From NCBI GenBank assembly GCA_963668025.2, contig CAXXTH010000010.1, positions 544,001 through 608,000 on the forward strand: a stretch of 64,000 nucleotides of DNA, given 5' to 3'. Position numbers and translations under genes: made by a program. Within the stretch, counting starts at the first letter, position 1, and each line of letters starts with the position of its first letter. This DNA is from Candidatus Hydrogenedentota bacterium. GTDB taxonomy: Bacteria > Hydrogenedentota > Hydrogenedentia > Hydrogenedentales > SLHB01. The notes under the pieces were generated by a model. It did no database searches and had not been told where the DNA came from. It saw nothing but the letters and a program-made list of their open reading frames with translations. This document shows positions 27,384 to 39,058 of the stretch, piece by piece.

Positions 27384-29735
27384 TCATGGGGTGGTGGTGT
27401 CTGGTCCAGGCGCATATGGGTCAAAGGGACTCATTGAAAAGCCCAGCAAGTCGTTAAGATTGGGAAACGCGGGGCTGGTGCGGCTGATGCGCCATACCCC
27501 CTCTTGATTGACAAATGAAAACAAGACCTCGCCATTGCCCATATAGGGAAACCAAACGGGGAGATCCGCCGTCCGCCCCGTGCTGTCGGATAGGGCTACA
27601 CCCGAGACATAACAATACACCGAGACATCCAATTGGCCGGGAGCTTCTTCCGGGCCAATAGACCAGCGCCGCACTTGCCAGCCCATCCGGCAAGACGTAT
27701 ACCGCTCGAAAAAACCACTTGAAGGCCCGCTGGACATATTGCCGCCGCCATCCTTGCGGGTCTTCGTAGTCGGCGGCATACAAATCCATCACACTGGTGA
27801 GATCCTTGGCCGCCACCCGCCTGGGCCATGGCCTCTACACGCTGGACTATGGCTCCGGCAATGGGCCTCTGGGCCTCCGCGAGGGTTTCCACCTGGGTTT
27901 GCCAGGATTGCTCTTTTGGCCGAGGATCTTCGGGCTTATCGATGGGCGCGCTCTTGGCGTAATCCAACACAGGCCCTAAAAAGACTTCCTCATCTATCCG
28001 GCTTTCCACCGCGCTCAGCACCAGGTAGTCGCCGTAATTGACCACCCCCTTCGAAAGGTTCCTCTTCGTTGGTGAGCGCGGTAACGGCATACGCCACGGC
28101 GCTTTGGGCGTCAGGAGCCGTATCAGTCCATTCCTGCCCGCCGATATCATCCGCCGCGAGCGCAAACCGCAACTGGGGCGGCACGCGCTTATACACGCGA
28201 TAGGCCACATCGCCCGCGCGCGCCGGCCATGTGAGGGCAACCACGCCATCCTTGCGCGTGGCCTCGACGCCGCGAACCGGCTTGGGCAGGCTGGGCAGCC
28301 GGAAAGTCTGCTCCTGGTATACATTTTCCCGCGTATTCATGACATATACGCCCCGGCCTGCTTGAACGATAAACGCGCTGCCGATGCCGTCAGGGACGTA
28401 ATACTTGTCCAACAGAGTGGTCCATTCGGCGGGGGAATTGACCATTCCCTGGCCGGACAATCTGCTCGATGCCGGGCAGGCTTTCTTTGACTACATACGG
28501 TGAAATGATCGGCACCCCAATAAGTGGCGCCCCCGTATTGAGAATGAGTTCGGGCGCGAGTGCAAGGTTATCGAGGCTATATGCGCCTTGAATCATGAGG
28601 CCCCCGGTCATACACGGCATCAATATCACGCAGATTGAAATGGAAATCCTGCGTATTGCGGGAAGGTGCGAGCTGAAACGCCACTTTGGCTTTCTTGGCC
28701 ACGAATTCCCGGCGGGCGATGGCATGCCGGTTTTGAATATCATCTAGGGCGGGATAAATGGCTTCATCCCACATATTGCGCCCGACGCCCAGCCATAAAT
28801 CCTGGCTGCGCTCGAATACATACACACACGCCCCCCGTCATGGCCCCATTGAGAATCATGGCGCGGTATAGGCTGGGAGGCATGGCCTCTGGCCCTTTGG
28901 GCACGCCATAAACACCGGGCATAACAAAACGGGCGTCTACATACCAATTGGCCGTGGGGGCCACGCCCCACTGTTCCGCGGCGCCTTCGAGCCATAAGCC
29001 CATGACGGAGCTGATCTGCTGGATGGCGTGGGAGCCACGGAATCCGGCAATCGGGATGACATAGCGGCTTGCGCCGCGCATCTTCTCATAAAGCGGTTTG
29101 CACCAGACATTGGACATGGCGCGCGCCCAGCCCAATTCGTCCAGCCGGATGGCCACGAATTTCCCATACCGGGGGGCAAGATCAAGCAAGCCCATCAGCC
29201 AGCGCACAGGAGGAGGCTCGCCTAATGTAGCCGCCGCCGCCGAATTCGTAGTATTCATTAAATAGGAAGCCACCCGCCGTGACTCCTTTGATGCACGAGA
29301 ACTCGCGAAGCAGCTTTTCGGCCAATTCGAGGGGGCTAATCCGCCCGGGCGCGCCATCGGCCAGTTGAATCGCCACCGGCACTTCGGCTTGCTGGAGTTC
29401 AACTAAAAGCGCCCGCACCTGGCGTTCCGTTTCATCGGGAGCAGGGCCGGCGCAAGGAATCTCGAGCACGGAAAAAGGCTTGAGCGTCTCTGGGATAGCC
29501 GTCCACATGGCCAAGATATTACGGGCGGGGCGACTCCACCCCGCTGGGGCCGAGCCCCGCCGCGGAGAATATATACAAAGGGTGATCCGCGCTGATCTCG
29601 ATGCCTAATGGCGGCAGCGAACCAGCTTCGGGCGGGGCTTGCTCCTGGGCCGCCAAAACAGGCCCAAGCGCCACCGCCCAGACAGAAAACCGCGGCTAAT
29701 CTTTTCCCCGTGTATCGAGTCCACAATGCATGCAT
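27384..29735 (-). pseudogene. GH98-like glycoside hydrolase with Fn3-like and SnoaL-like C-terminal parts, broken by multiple frameshifts (possibly sequencing indels)
   Basis: Consecutive ORF fragments join into one protein: signal peptide, ISADHPLYIF, GLWLEGAAEQWG, MILNGAMTGG/YVFE, MNTRENVYQEQ, LTWP..GDVAYRVYK and MDLYAADY. Confidence 0.6.
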
Positions 29736-30085
29736 AACGGAGATTGTATGAAAATAGGCAGGAATGCACAAGAGCGGACATCTTTTTAATAAGGACACTA
29801 CTGGTTCATCTCTTTTGATTTCTATAAATGCCTAGCCATTCTGGAAATCTCGTATTGGCTAGGGCGGTTCAAGATTGGATATAGCGGAAACGAGACATAC
29901 AGTGTCAAAGCAGTCGAAAGGCATGCGTAGTATCGCTGGCAATAGAAAACCACCACCATGATGGAATCCAATAAAGGTGTCTCGAAGGGCCATTCACTAC
30001 TGCTGACTTATGGAATTGCGGTTTAAACACCCAAACCTAAAATGTTACACATTTTTCCACAAGTCCGTACTATAGACAGAATCAG

Positions 30086-31230
30086 CAGGAGTTCCCCCAA
30101 GAAATGGGGGTTTATAACCGCAATTAATTGTATTGAATAGAGTTACCCGTCTATAGAAGTGTCTTTGTCGAATTTTGGGGGATCTTTCGTTTAATTGAAA
30201 CGGTCTCCTTGGTGCGTCAGAATCTTGGTGTCAAAAGCCCCAACTCCAACGCAATCAAGGAGGACCGCCGATGAATGCTACCAGAGTTGCTCGAAACTTG
30301 CGAGTTCGCATAGGGCGATTTTCGGGGGATCTCTCGAAAGGCCTTTGTGTAGCGGCCCAACGCTTCGTTTCCCAGATGGTGTACGGCATTCAGGCTTCCG
30401 AATCGGTGCTGCTCACGGAGATAGGACGAACCCTGGAGGAGGATATTCCCCTGCGCAAAACGCACAACCGCCTATCGAGGAATTTGCAAACGGCCCGAGC
30501 TGGAGAAAACTATCCAGGAAAACGTACTGCGCATGGCCGCGAGCCGGGTGGGACAGGACACGCTGCTCATCATTGACCCTTCGGACCTTTCCAAGAAGTA
30601 CGCCAAAAAGATGGAGTATCTGGCCACGGTGCATGACGGCAGCGCGCACGATTTGGCCCAGGGGTATTGGACGCTTCACATCGCCGGGTGCGGGGTGGAT
30701 TCCGATGGCATCATTCCCTTGTATCAGCGGTTATGGTCCGCCGATGCGCCGGGCTTTACCAGCGAGAATGACGAGATTTTTGCGCGGGATAGATGCGGTG
30801 GCGGCCCACGTGGGCCGCCGCGGCCTGTGGCGCATGGTCCGCGCCTACCTCAAACGCTGGAGTATTGAAGAAACCATTCGCTACGCCCAAAACCTGTTAT
30901 GACATCGAGAACGTTCGGGTGTTGAATTACCAAGGCCTGCAAAACTTAATGCCGCTGGTGTTGGCGGCGATGTATTTCGCGGCTTGCGTGCTCGACCAGG
31001 ATTCCCGCCTGCGCGTGATGGCTGGTTTCGTGGAAAAGGCCGCCAAACGGCTCTTCGGCATTCCCGACTTCAAGTACTACGCCCTTGCAGACGGATTACG
31101 AGCGATCCTGACCCGATGCCCAGGCGCCCCTGTGACGCCCAAACAACTCTCCAAATCGTCCCAGATGACCCTGTTCGCTTTCGATTCCCCATGAAAGCAG
31201 TTTCCTCTGTAAATTCTGGGGGAACTCCTG
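30086..31230 (+). mobile_element. IS4-like element, internally deleted
   Basis: Perfect 14-bp TIRs CAGGAGTTCCCCCA at 30086-30099 and 31217-31230. No target duplication seen. Confidence 0.85.
30271..31194 (+). pseudogene. IS4-like DDE transposase, frameshifted and missing its central region
   Basis: AGGAGG RBS. Fragments LLIIDPSDLSKKYAKKME and Y..RWSIEETIR are spread over several frames, and no DRG motif is present. Confidence 0.8.
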
Positions 31231-31257
31231 GTGTAGGAGGTGTCAGGGCTTACGCAT

Positions 31258-32416
31258 CTAAATTCCCAGTAAACGTAGAAGGTATTCGGGGTCGAGTGCA
31301 GCAGCGAAGCGCTTGCCCCTGAGGAAATCTTTGTTGGTCTTGTCTTTCTTGAGGAGGTTGAGTGTAATTCTCCTCAAGGAGGCGAGATTCTGGGCGGCGT
31401 TTCTTGTTCGGGCGCGGTTGTCGTCTTCGCGAAAGATAATGTCTAGGCACCAGTGCAAATTGTTTTCCACGCCCCAGTGTCCACGCACGGCGTGGGCGAA
31501 TCGTCGTGCGTCGAGGGGCGGGCTGCTCAAGTAGTAGCGCCGCTCGATGGTGTTCTTCCCTTTTTCCTTGCGGATGGACTCGACCATGCCGAAACTCTTG
31601 AGGCCCTTCCAAAGTCCTTTGTCCTCGAACCAGCCCAAGTCGGTGGATTGCCAGTATCGGCGGGTTTCGATGCGGCCATGCCCCTTGTCGATGGTCTGGT
31701 GGAAATCCATCCGTGTGGCGTCGGCTGTTGGCGCGCACTGGGTGGCGCAAGGGGGAACGGCGTCCTTGAAAAAGGCCTTCACTTCTTCTAGGGCGGTGGC
31801 GTGGTTGCCTTTGAGGGCCAGCACGTAGTCGGCCTGCCGTTGGATAATGTGGGAGGCGATATCCTTCTGGCAGCCCATGGCGTCCAGGGTGACGATGGCT
31901 CCCTTGAGCTTTAAGGCGTTGAGGAGTTTGGGGACGGCGGTGATTTCGTTGGATTTCTCGTCCACCTTGACCTGCCCCAGCGCCAGGCCGTGCTCGCAAG
32001 CCCATGCGCTGACGATGTAGGGGATGGCCTCCCCCTGATTCAAGGCGCGCCGCAGGGCTTTGCCGTCAATGGCGGCGACCTCATCGCTCAGATTGGGGCA
32101 AATGCCCTACAACCCATTGGCCGAAGCACTCCAGGAAGGCATGGGGGTCGAGGGCGGAAAAGACCCGGTTGAAGGTGTCGTGCGAGGGGATGCCGCCGGG
32201 CAATTCCAGGAAGCCCTTCAGCCAATCCTCCCGGAGCCAGCCGAAGCGCTCCATATCCGAAAAGCTCTCCCCGCCCACGAGGGCTGAGCATAGCCCAATC
32301 ATCAAGATGTCAATGAAGTTGTGCCTGCGGGTCCGGTCCATGCGGGGATCAGGCAGGCCCGCGAAACACTCGATAATAGGCTTGGGCTTGGGCAGGGATT
32401 TCTTTTCAGCGGTCAT
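31258..32416 (-). pseudogene. ISAs1 transposase with +1 frameshift
   Basis: Split into 32081-32416 and 31258-32043. TGGGTTGTAGGGC here versus TGGGTGCAGGGC in copy 1. Confidence 0.85.
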
Positions 32417-32487
32417 GGGGTGCTCCTTTCATTCATGCGCCGAAGCACTGTTGACTCTAGTATATAGAATTCTATATATTAAAATCC

Positions 32488-32787
32488 ATGAAGCACACCA
32501 AAAAGATGCAAGCATTGCTGGAGCGCATGGCGCAGATTGAGCGGATGGAGCGCGGAAAGCTCTGTCAAATGGGCGGGCGTCCCCACTTTAACCACCAGAG
32601 CTGGGAGAACGAGAAGAACGTGGTTCGCTATGTGCCGGCGCGCGAAACCGAGTTCCTAAAAGAGGCCATCAATGGCTACCAGGCTTTCATGAAGCTGGCT
32701 GAACGCTACGTGGACGAAGTCGTCAAGCAAACCCGCCGTGAGCGCGCAAAGACCTTCCCCCAAGCGAAAAATCCCAGGCCACGTTGA
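32488..32787 (+). CDS. 99-aa IS accessory protein (DUF6788-like), copy 2
   Basis: Identical translation to 8437-8736. Palindrome at 32461-32478. Confidence 0.7.
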   Translation: MKHTKKMQALLERMAQIERMERGKLCQMGGRPHFNHQSWENEKNVVRYVPARETEFLKEAINGYQAFMKLAERYVDEVVKQTRRERAKTFPQAKNPRPR

Positions 32788-32859
32788 CAGAAAAAATCAT
32801 GCACAACAGGATAAATCGACTCTTGAGCACTATTAGATGCGTAAGCCCTGCACCTGGTG

Positions 32860-34682
32860 GAGGCATTTGCGAAATAGCGTGGTTTGCGAACGCGCGGACG
32901 GTGCGGGCACACGCGGAGCGGTTTTCGCCTGTGGCAATGGGATTACGCCTCCGCTACGGGTGCAATAAATCATGCAGGAGGTTCGCGTGTAGGACCCTTG
33001 CGGCCCGAATGGGCATGGTTTGCCCTTGATTCGGGCCATCATTGCTTGTGCGGATTCGATGTGATCTATGCGGCGCGGGGCTGTCCGAGGAGCGAGCGCA
33101 TGCGTTCTGCCTGGCCGGCTTCGAGCCATCCCAGGGCCATGCCGAGCATGACGAGGAGGGCTAATCCGGTGCGGGCGCGCATCTTTTTCATACCGCGGAT
33201 GTAGTGGCGCTCGAATCCGTATGCGCCGTCGAGTCGGCTGTTGACTCGCTCGATGGCGGTGCGGTGTTTGTATTCGCGGCGCCAGGATTTGGCGCTGCGG
33301 GGCAGGGGGGTAAAGATGCGCCGGTCGATAGCGATGGGCACGCGGACAATCCGTCCGTGTTCGGGCTGGCATCCTTGGTTGCAGAGGTCTTGCTGGGTAC
33401 AGGCGCTCCCGCGTGCCTTGGCTGGGCAACGGTATTTCAAGGTTCCCCGATCTTGCTCGAATCCTTGGTAGGCCATGGAATCATAGTTGTCGCGTTCGTT
33501 TTGGGGCGCCGTTACGACACCGGCAGAGGACTTCACCTCGTTCGGTATGGAAGATCGTGTCTACCCGTTCGGGATATAAAGGGCGGGGCCGTTCCGGTTC
33601 TTCTTTCCAGGTCGCCCGGATGTCCACGATGGGCCGGATTTCATGTTCCTCGAAGAGGCCCTTGTTGTTGGCTTCGGAATCATAGCCCTTGTCGGCGCTG
33701 AGGTACTCGGCGCGTTGGACGAGTTCGGGGTGGCGCGCGTCGAGAGCCGCCACGAGGGGCAGCAGAAAGGGCGAGTCGTTGGCGCTGGCTTTCGTGACCG
33801 CGTAGCCCAGCGGCAATTCATATTTCGTGTCCACGATGAGGTGCAGCTTGTAGCCGAACCACCGTTTGACCTTCTCCCAGGGCGTGCCGTCCTTGTGAAC
33901 GCCCTTGTAGGTTTTCGTGCCCCAGTCTGCGTCGCGGTCGCGCCGCCCGTCCGGCTCTTCGTTTTCCAGGACCGCGTCTTTGCGCGGAGGCTTGGCGTGG
34001 GTTTGGATGGCTTTCGAGTCTACGGCCAGACGCACCCCGAGATCCGGCAAGCGTTCCATCAGCCGGACGATGAGCGCGTCGAACATCCGGTCCACTTCTT
34101 TCCAGTGGCGCAGTAATCTGGCGAAGAACCGCGTGTACACCCATTCGGGCGGGACCGCCTTGGCGCCCCGCAACACGTCGAATCCGCACAACTGGCGCAA
34201 TTGCCCGTTTCGGGCTAGTTCGCGGCGCAGGCTTTCGACGCCGTCGTGCTGGAAGACGATCCCCGCCAGTATGCTGTTCCACATCGCGCGGATAGGATAA
34301 TCGTCGCGCCGCCCCTTGCGTTCGGCTTCCATCGCCCGCATCAAATCTTCATCCGGCAGCGCCGCCAGCAACAGGTTCAGCCGATCCAGATCCGACGCCG
34401 CGTCGACCTGGTTCCACGAGAACAACCCCATTTGGTGTATAATGGCCATCGCAAACGTCTCCTTGGTGTGTGCGTGGTTATGTGGTCAACTATACTACAA
34501 TCACACACGGGAGACGTTACGCCTTTTCCCGCTCGCCGAGGGCATTTGGGGTGATTTTTCACAAAAAATCCTTATTCATGCCCCCGCCAAGCCCCTTTCC
34601 CCGCATTCTCCGGGGTAGGCGCCAATTCCGCCGCTTTGTAAACCCTTGTCAATACGGATTTTCTTTATTTCGCAAATGCCTC
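32860..34682 (-). mobile_element. IS1182/IS5-like element
   Basis: Perfect 17-bp TIRs GAGGCATTTGCGAAATA at 32860-32876 and 34666-34682. GTG on both flanks is a possible 3-bp target duplication. Confidence 0.88.
33066..34449 (-). pseudogene. DDE transposase (DUF772-like N-terminus) with one frameshift near 33500
   Basis: AVDSK, WFGYKLHLIVD and SADKGYDS, then YKHRTAIERVNSRL in the second frame. AAGGAG RBS. Confidence 0.82.
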
Positions 34683-37259
34683 GTGGGGCCGCTGGCGCGT
34701 AGTGAAGATGGAGGCAAAACGTGGTCCGCCCCGCTTGCGGTGCCGGACAATTGGCAATCGACGGCCAATACCCCGGCCATTCACCGGCTCGTGGATCCGA
34801 AGGGAGTGGCCAGGCTGGTCATATTCGCCGATGGGCTTGATTGGCGGCGCAATGGAGAGCCCCCGTATCCCATGCATCAAGCCGTATCGGAGGATGACGG
34901 AAAGACATGGACTCCAATGGCGCCTAATGGAGTTCAGGGCGAAGTGCCGCCCAAAACGATTCTAGCTTTTGACAACGGCAATCGAATCGTGATGTGGTCG
35001 GATTTGCCTGGTTATGTGGTCCAAAGCGAATCGTTCGATGGCGGCCTGGCATGGAGTCCCGAACGAAAGATCCTAGGAATCCCGGACCGCTGGGGACAGC
35101 CCGCCGTGATACGCTCGCCCGATGGAAAACAGCTCTTAATGCTGCTAAGGGAAAACGGCCGCCAATATCAGTCGCTCTTTTCAATTAGTAATGACAATGC
35201 GGCGACATGGAGCGAGCCGCTCGAACTCCCTGCAGAGCTTACGGGGGATCGCCATGTCGTACGATATGCGCCCGATGGGCGGCTAGTGGTGGCGATGCGG
35301 GATATGTCGAAAACCAGCAAGACATATGGCCATTATGTCGCCTGGGTAGGCCGGTATGAAGACATCGTGGAACAGCGTGCAGGGCAATACCGCATCAAGC
35401 TGCTCCACAATTGCGGGCGAAGCGATGCCGACCTGCCTGGCGAAGGAAATACGGATTGCGGCTATTCCGACCTGGAAGTATTGCCTGACGGAACGATTGT
35501 CGCCACGACATATATCAAATACCAGCCCGGCCCTGAAAAAAATTCGGTGGTGAATACGCGGTTCAAACTGGATGAAATCGACAAAAAACTAGATGCGATG
35601 CAGGATCCCTCCATCGAGATCCTATATAACGGCGTCCAACTGCCCGCCAAGACCGCCGGACGGACGGATATGATGGCATATGGCGATGCTCCTCTTCCCG
35701 TTCCTTATTTGGATGATCCTCCCAAGGTGATCCCGGTAAACATCGGCCGGCAGCTTTTTGTCGATGATTTTTTAATTGATAACACGACCCTAACCTGGAC
35801 ATGGCACAAGGCGGAGAAAGACAGCCGTAATCCGATCTTACAGCCTTCCACACCGCAGGAATTGGGCACACGGACCATACATCCCTGGGGCGGCCATTCT
35901 TCGCCGATGGCGGCGCCATTCAGCGATGGAGTGTGGTATGACGGCGCCGACAAGACATTTAAAATGTGGTATTGCGCAGGGTGGCTCGACGGTATGGCAT
36001 ATGCCTCTAGCAGCGACGGCCTCACGTGGACGCGCCCGGAACTTGATGTGGAACCCGGAACGAATCTGGTGATCCCCCGGGTGAATGTACGGGATTCAGG
36101 CGCGGTAGTGCTGGATCCGGATGCCGCTCGGAATGAAGAACGCTTCAAGATGTTCTTATACCATCTACCCAAGGAAAAAGAGCTGTTAGTCTCGAAACAA
36201 GGTGGAGAGCTATATGTCTCGAAAGACGGCTTGCATTGGAGCAAACCAGTAGAAACAGGAGAAACCGGCGACCGGACCACGATTTTTTATAATCCATTCC
36301 GGAAAAAATGGATATACAGCCTTCGCGCATATTGGCCGGCGCGAAGCCGCAATTATAGTGAATCATCAGACTTTTTGGGCGGAGCAGCATTTCTGGACGC
36401 TGTTCCATGGCTGCGTACAGACAATCTAGATATACCCGAAAAACACTGGTTTTATGCCTTCCCAGACCGGCGTCCTGGACAGGGCGGCGACAAGCCCCAG
36501 TTGTATAATTTCGATGCGGTGGCGTATGAGTCGCTTATGCTGGGGGCGTTTACGATCTTGCTCGGGCCGGATAATGCCTCATGTGAGGCCGAGGGCGTAC
36601 CAAAGCTGACGGAAATCCACCTTGGTTTCAGCCGGGACGGATATCATTGGTCACGCCCTTCGGAACGCACGCCGTTTATCCCTGCATCACGGACAGAAGG
36701 CACATGGGATCGCGCGTATTTGCATTCCAACGCGGCGCTGTGCCTGGTCATGAAAGATGAGTTGTGGTTTTACTACACGGGATTCAAGGGGGATCCCGAA
36801 CGCAAAGGGCTAGACGCACAATCCAATGGATTATATGCCACCGGCTCCACCGGCATTGCACGGCTGCGCCGCGATGGATTCGCTTCGATGGATGCCGGAC
36901 AAGAAGAGGGGGTATTGACGACCCGGCCTATCGTGTTTGCGGAAGGCTCCCATTTATTTGTCAACGCAAACACGGCGAAAGGCGAACTGTATGCGGAAGT
37001 GCTGGCGGAAGATGGCAAGGTGATAAAGGGCTTCAGCAGTGATCAATGCAAGCCGCTCTCCGCTGATAGCACCTGCATGATGATACGTTGGAAAGGATGG
37101 AAAAAACTTTCGGCGCTGCAGGGCCGCCCCATACGGCTGCGTTTCCATCTGAAAAATGGCGAGTTATATGCGTTCTGGATCGCATCAAGGAATGGGGCCA
37201 GCCACGGATATCTAGCGGGTGGCGGCCCGGGTTATGATTCACTCCGAGACGAAGGATAA
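34683..37259 (+). pseudogene. 5'-truncated Asp-box (sialidase-like) propeller fused to a GH32/GH43-like five-bladed propeller
   Basis: Asp boxes SEDGGKTW, SEDDGKTW, SFDGGLAW and SNDNAATW, then SSDGLTW, SKDGLHW, SRDGYHW and LRRDGFASM. The ORF-track N-terminus (34470-34682) is IS sequence. Confidence 0.75.
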
Positions 37260-37285
37260 TTGCTGAAGCATATATACACGGCAGC

Positions 37286-37888
37286 CTAAGACAAAAAGCT
37301 GCGTATGCCCGTGAATATCATTTGGGCGGCCAGGGATGCCAATACCAGCCCTGTGACTTTGCTGAGGATGTTGATGTTCTTCTTGCCCAGCATGCGCTCG
37401 ACATAAGAAGCAAGCAGAAGCAATATGCCGACACTGGCGATGGCGAGCAGGAGCGCCAGGCATCCATAAAGCTTTTGCGTGGGGCTCGATATTTCAGCGC
37501 CCAATACGAGCAAGGTGCCAATGGTGGCGGGGCCGACAATAATGGGCATAGCCAGAGGCACCACCGCGATATCATCTTCCGGATCTGGCGTGGCGGACAC
37601 GGGCTTCGCCTGCACCAGCCCGACGGCGGATATAAACAGGAGCGCTCCCGCGCCGATACGAAATGCATCCAGCGTGATCCCGAACAAGGAAAACACCGTG
37701 TTGCCAAAGAAAAAGAGGATAAAGCAGAGCACACTCACGGCCCCGGTTATTTTAAGTGCGAGTCCGCGGCGCTGTGTATCCGGATAGCCCTGAGTCATGG
37801 CTAAAAACATCGTCAACGCAAAGAACGGCGTGAAGAGAAAGAAAAACTTCAGCCACACGCTGACGAAAAATGGAAACATTTCACCCAT
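37286..37888 (-). CDS. MarC-family integral membrane protein
   Basis: FGITLDAFRIGAG, IAVVPLAMPIIVGPATI and six hydrophobic segments. Confidence 0.9.
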   Translation of the reverse strand: MGEMFPFFVSVWLKFFFLFTPFFALTMFLAMTQGYPDTQRRGLALKITGAVSVLCFILFFFGNTVFSLFGITLDAFRIGAGALLFISAVGLVQAKPVSATPDPEDDIAVVPLAMPIIVGPATIGTLLVLGAEISSPTQKLYGCLALLLAIASVGILLLLASYVERMLGKKNINILSKVTGLVLASLAAQMIFTGIRSFLS

Positions 37889-37949
37889 CCGCTCGTGCTC
37901 CCTCGAAGCGCTCTATTGGCTAAGGCCAGGACGCTGTAAGCGCCGCATG

Positions 37950-38942
37950 TTATATGGCCTCGCAATACTCGCGGAGCAGGCGCACATACAGTTTGTAATC
38001 CTCCATGGAAACAGCCGGCGGCGTTTGGTGATCACAGGCAGGGATAAAGCCTCCCTGGCGCATGACCGGCAGCAGGCGCTCAAATTCGGCGCGAATGGCC
38101 GCTTCGCCATGGTTCATCACCATTTTATCAAATGCGCCTATGAAGCGCACCCGGGGATGACGTTCACGCATCGCGGCGACATCGCACCCGGCCTGCCGTT
38201 CGAGGGGCAGGAAACCTTCAAGGCCCACATTAATAAACCACGGGAGGATTTCGATGATATCCCCGTCGGAATCCACGAAGGGCAGCGTGCCCCGCTCATG
38301 TACGGTTGGGAGCATGCGGCGGTAATAGGGGGCGATGTATTCCACGAAGAGGTCTTCGGAAATCATGGGGCCGCGATTGAAGGACATATCTTCAGCAAAG
38401 GTCATGAAATCTGGCGTCACAATGGAAGAAAACGCATCGAACGTCCGCAAATTGAACGCTAAAAGATCCTCATTAATGGCATGCATCAATTCGGGGTCTT
38501 CATAGAACGCATACAAGTGGCGTTCGATGCCCAGCAAAGTGCGAGGAAACCAAAAAAAGCCTTCCAAAGTCATCCACACGACGATTTCGCCGGTTGCTTG
38601 GCGCGCGGCAATCTCTTCTAGATGGGCGCGATCGAGTATTTCGGATGGCTCAGGAAAAAGGTGGGGTTTTAGCGCTTCATATTCATCCCGATTCGAGATG
38701 AGCCCCAGGCCGTGGGCGGCGGGAACGGGGCAAGTGGGGCGGCGCGGCCCAATCCAGTACTGCCTAAAATCATCCAGGCCGAAATACGTGCGAATTTCCC
38801 AATCATTCACGAGCTCGGTGGGCAAGCCTTCGCCCCGCCACCGTCCGAGCGTGAGATCCCACCAAGACGCCCATTCCAACATGGGCAGCCGGTCTACGGG
38901 TTGAAACCGCATAAGGGCATGAAAGCGTTCGCGATGCGTCAT
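37950..38942 (-). CDS. Uroporphyrinogen-decarboxylase/MtaA-fold protein (paralog 3)
   Basis: MTHRERF...PVDR start with GGAG RBS, AEDMSFNRGPMIS, VDSDG and GGFIPACDH. Confidence 0.85.
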   Translation of the reverse strand: MTHRERFHALMRFQPVDRLPMLEWASWWDLTLGRWRGEGLPTELVNDWEIRTYFGLDDFRQYWIGPRRPTCPVPAAHGLGLISNRDEYEALKPHLFPEPSEILDRAHLEEIAARQATGEIVVWMTLEGFFWFPRTLLGIERHLYAFYEDPELMHAINEDLLAFNLRTFDAFSSIVTPDFMTFAEDMSFNRGPMISEDLFVEYIAPYYRRMLPTVHERGTLPFVDSDGDIIEILPWFINVGLEGFLPLERQAGCDVAAMRERHPRVRFIGAFDKMVMNHGEAAIRAEFERLLPVMRQGGFIPACDHQTPPAVSMEDYKLYVRLLREYCEAI

Positions 38943-38993
38943 AACGTGATAACTCCCGGAAAGCTTGTGCTTGTTTTCCACCGCCCGATGAAC

Positions 38994-39023
38994 CGAGAGG
39001 CGGGTTGCAAAACCCGCCTCTCG
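38994..39023. other. Intercistronic 13-bp hairpin without a U-tract
   Basis: CGAGAGGCGGGTT-GCAA-AACCCGCCTCTCG. Confidence 0.65.
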
Positions 39024-39058
39024 CTTATAAACACGCTGTTTTTCCGCCTGGCCGACGC

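Larger units (their letters stand above)
31244..32850 (-). mobile_element. ISAs1-family IS, element A copy 2 (1607 bp), inverted
   Basis: Same 18-bp TIRs as 8374-9979, with a few substitutions and a +1 insertion near 32110. Confidence 0.95.

Noticed and set aside
33481-33536. Programmed frameshift in the IS1182-like transposase
   Set aside because: No canonical slippery heptamer seen, and the site lies in the zone where indels cluster.
34470-34682. N-terminal 71 aa of the 929-aa ORF
   Set aside because: It is the non-coding end and TIR of the IS read in frame, not native glycosidase sequence.
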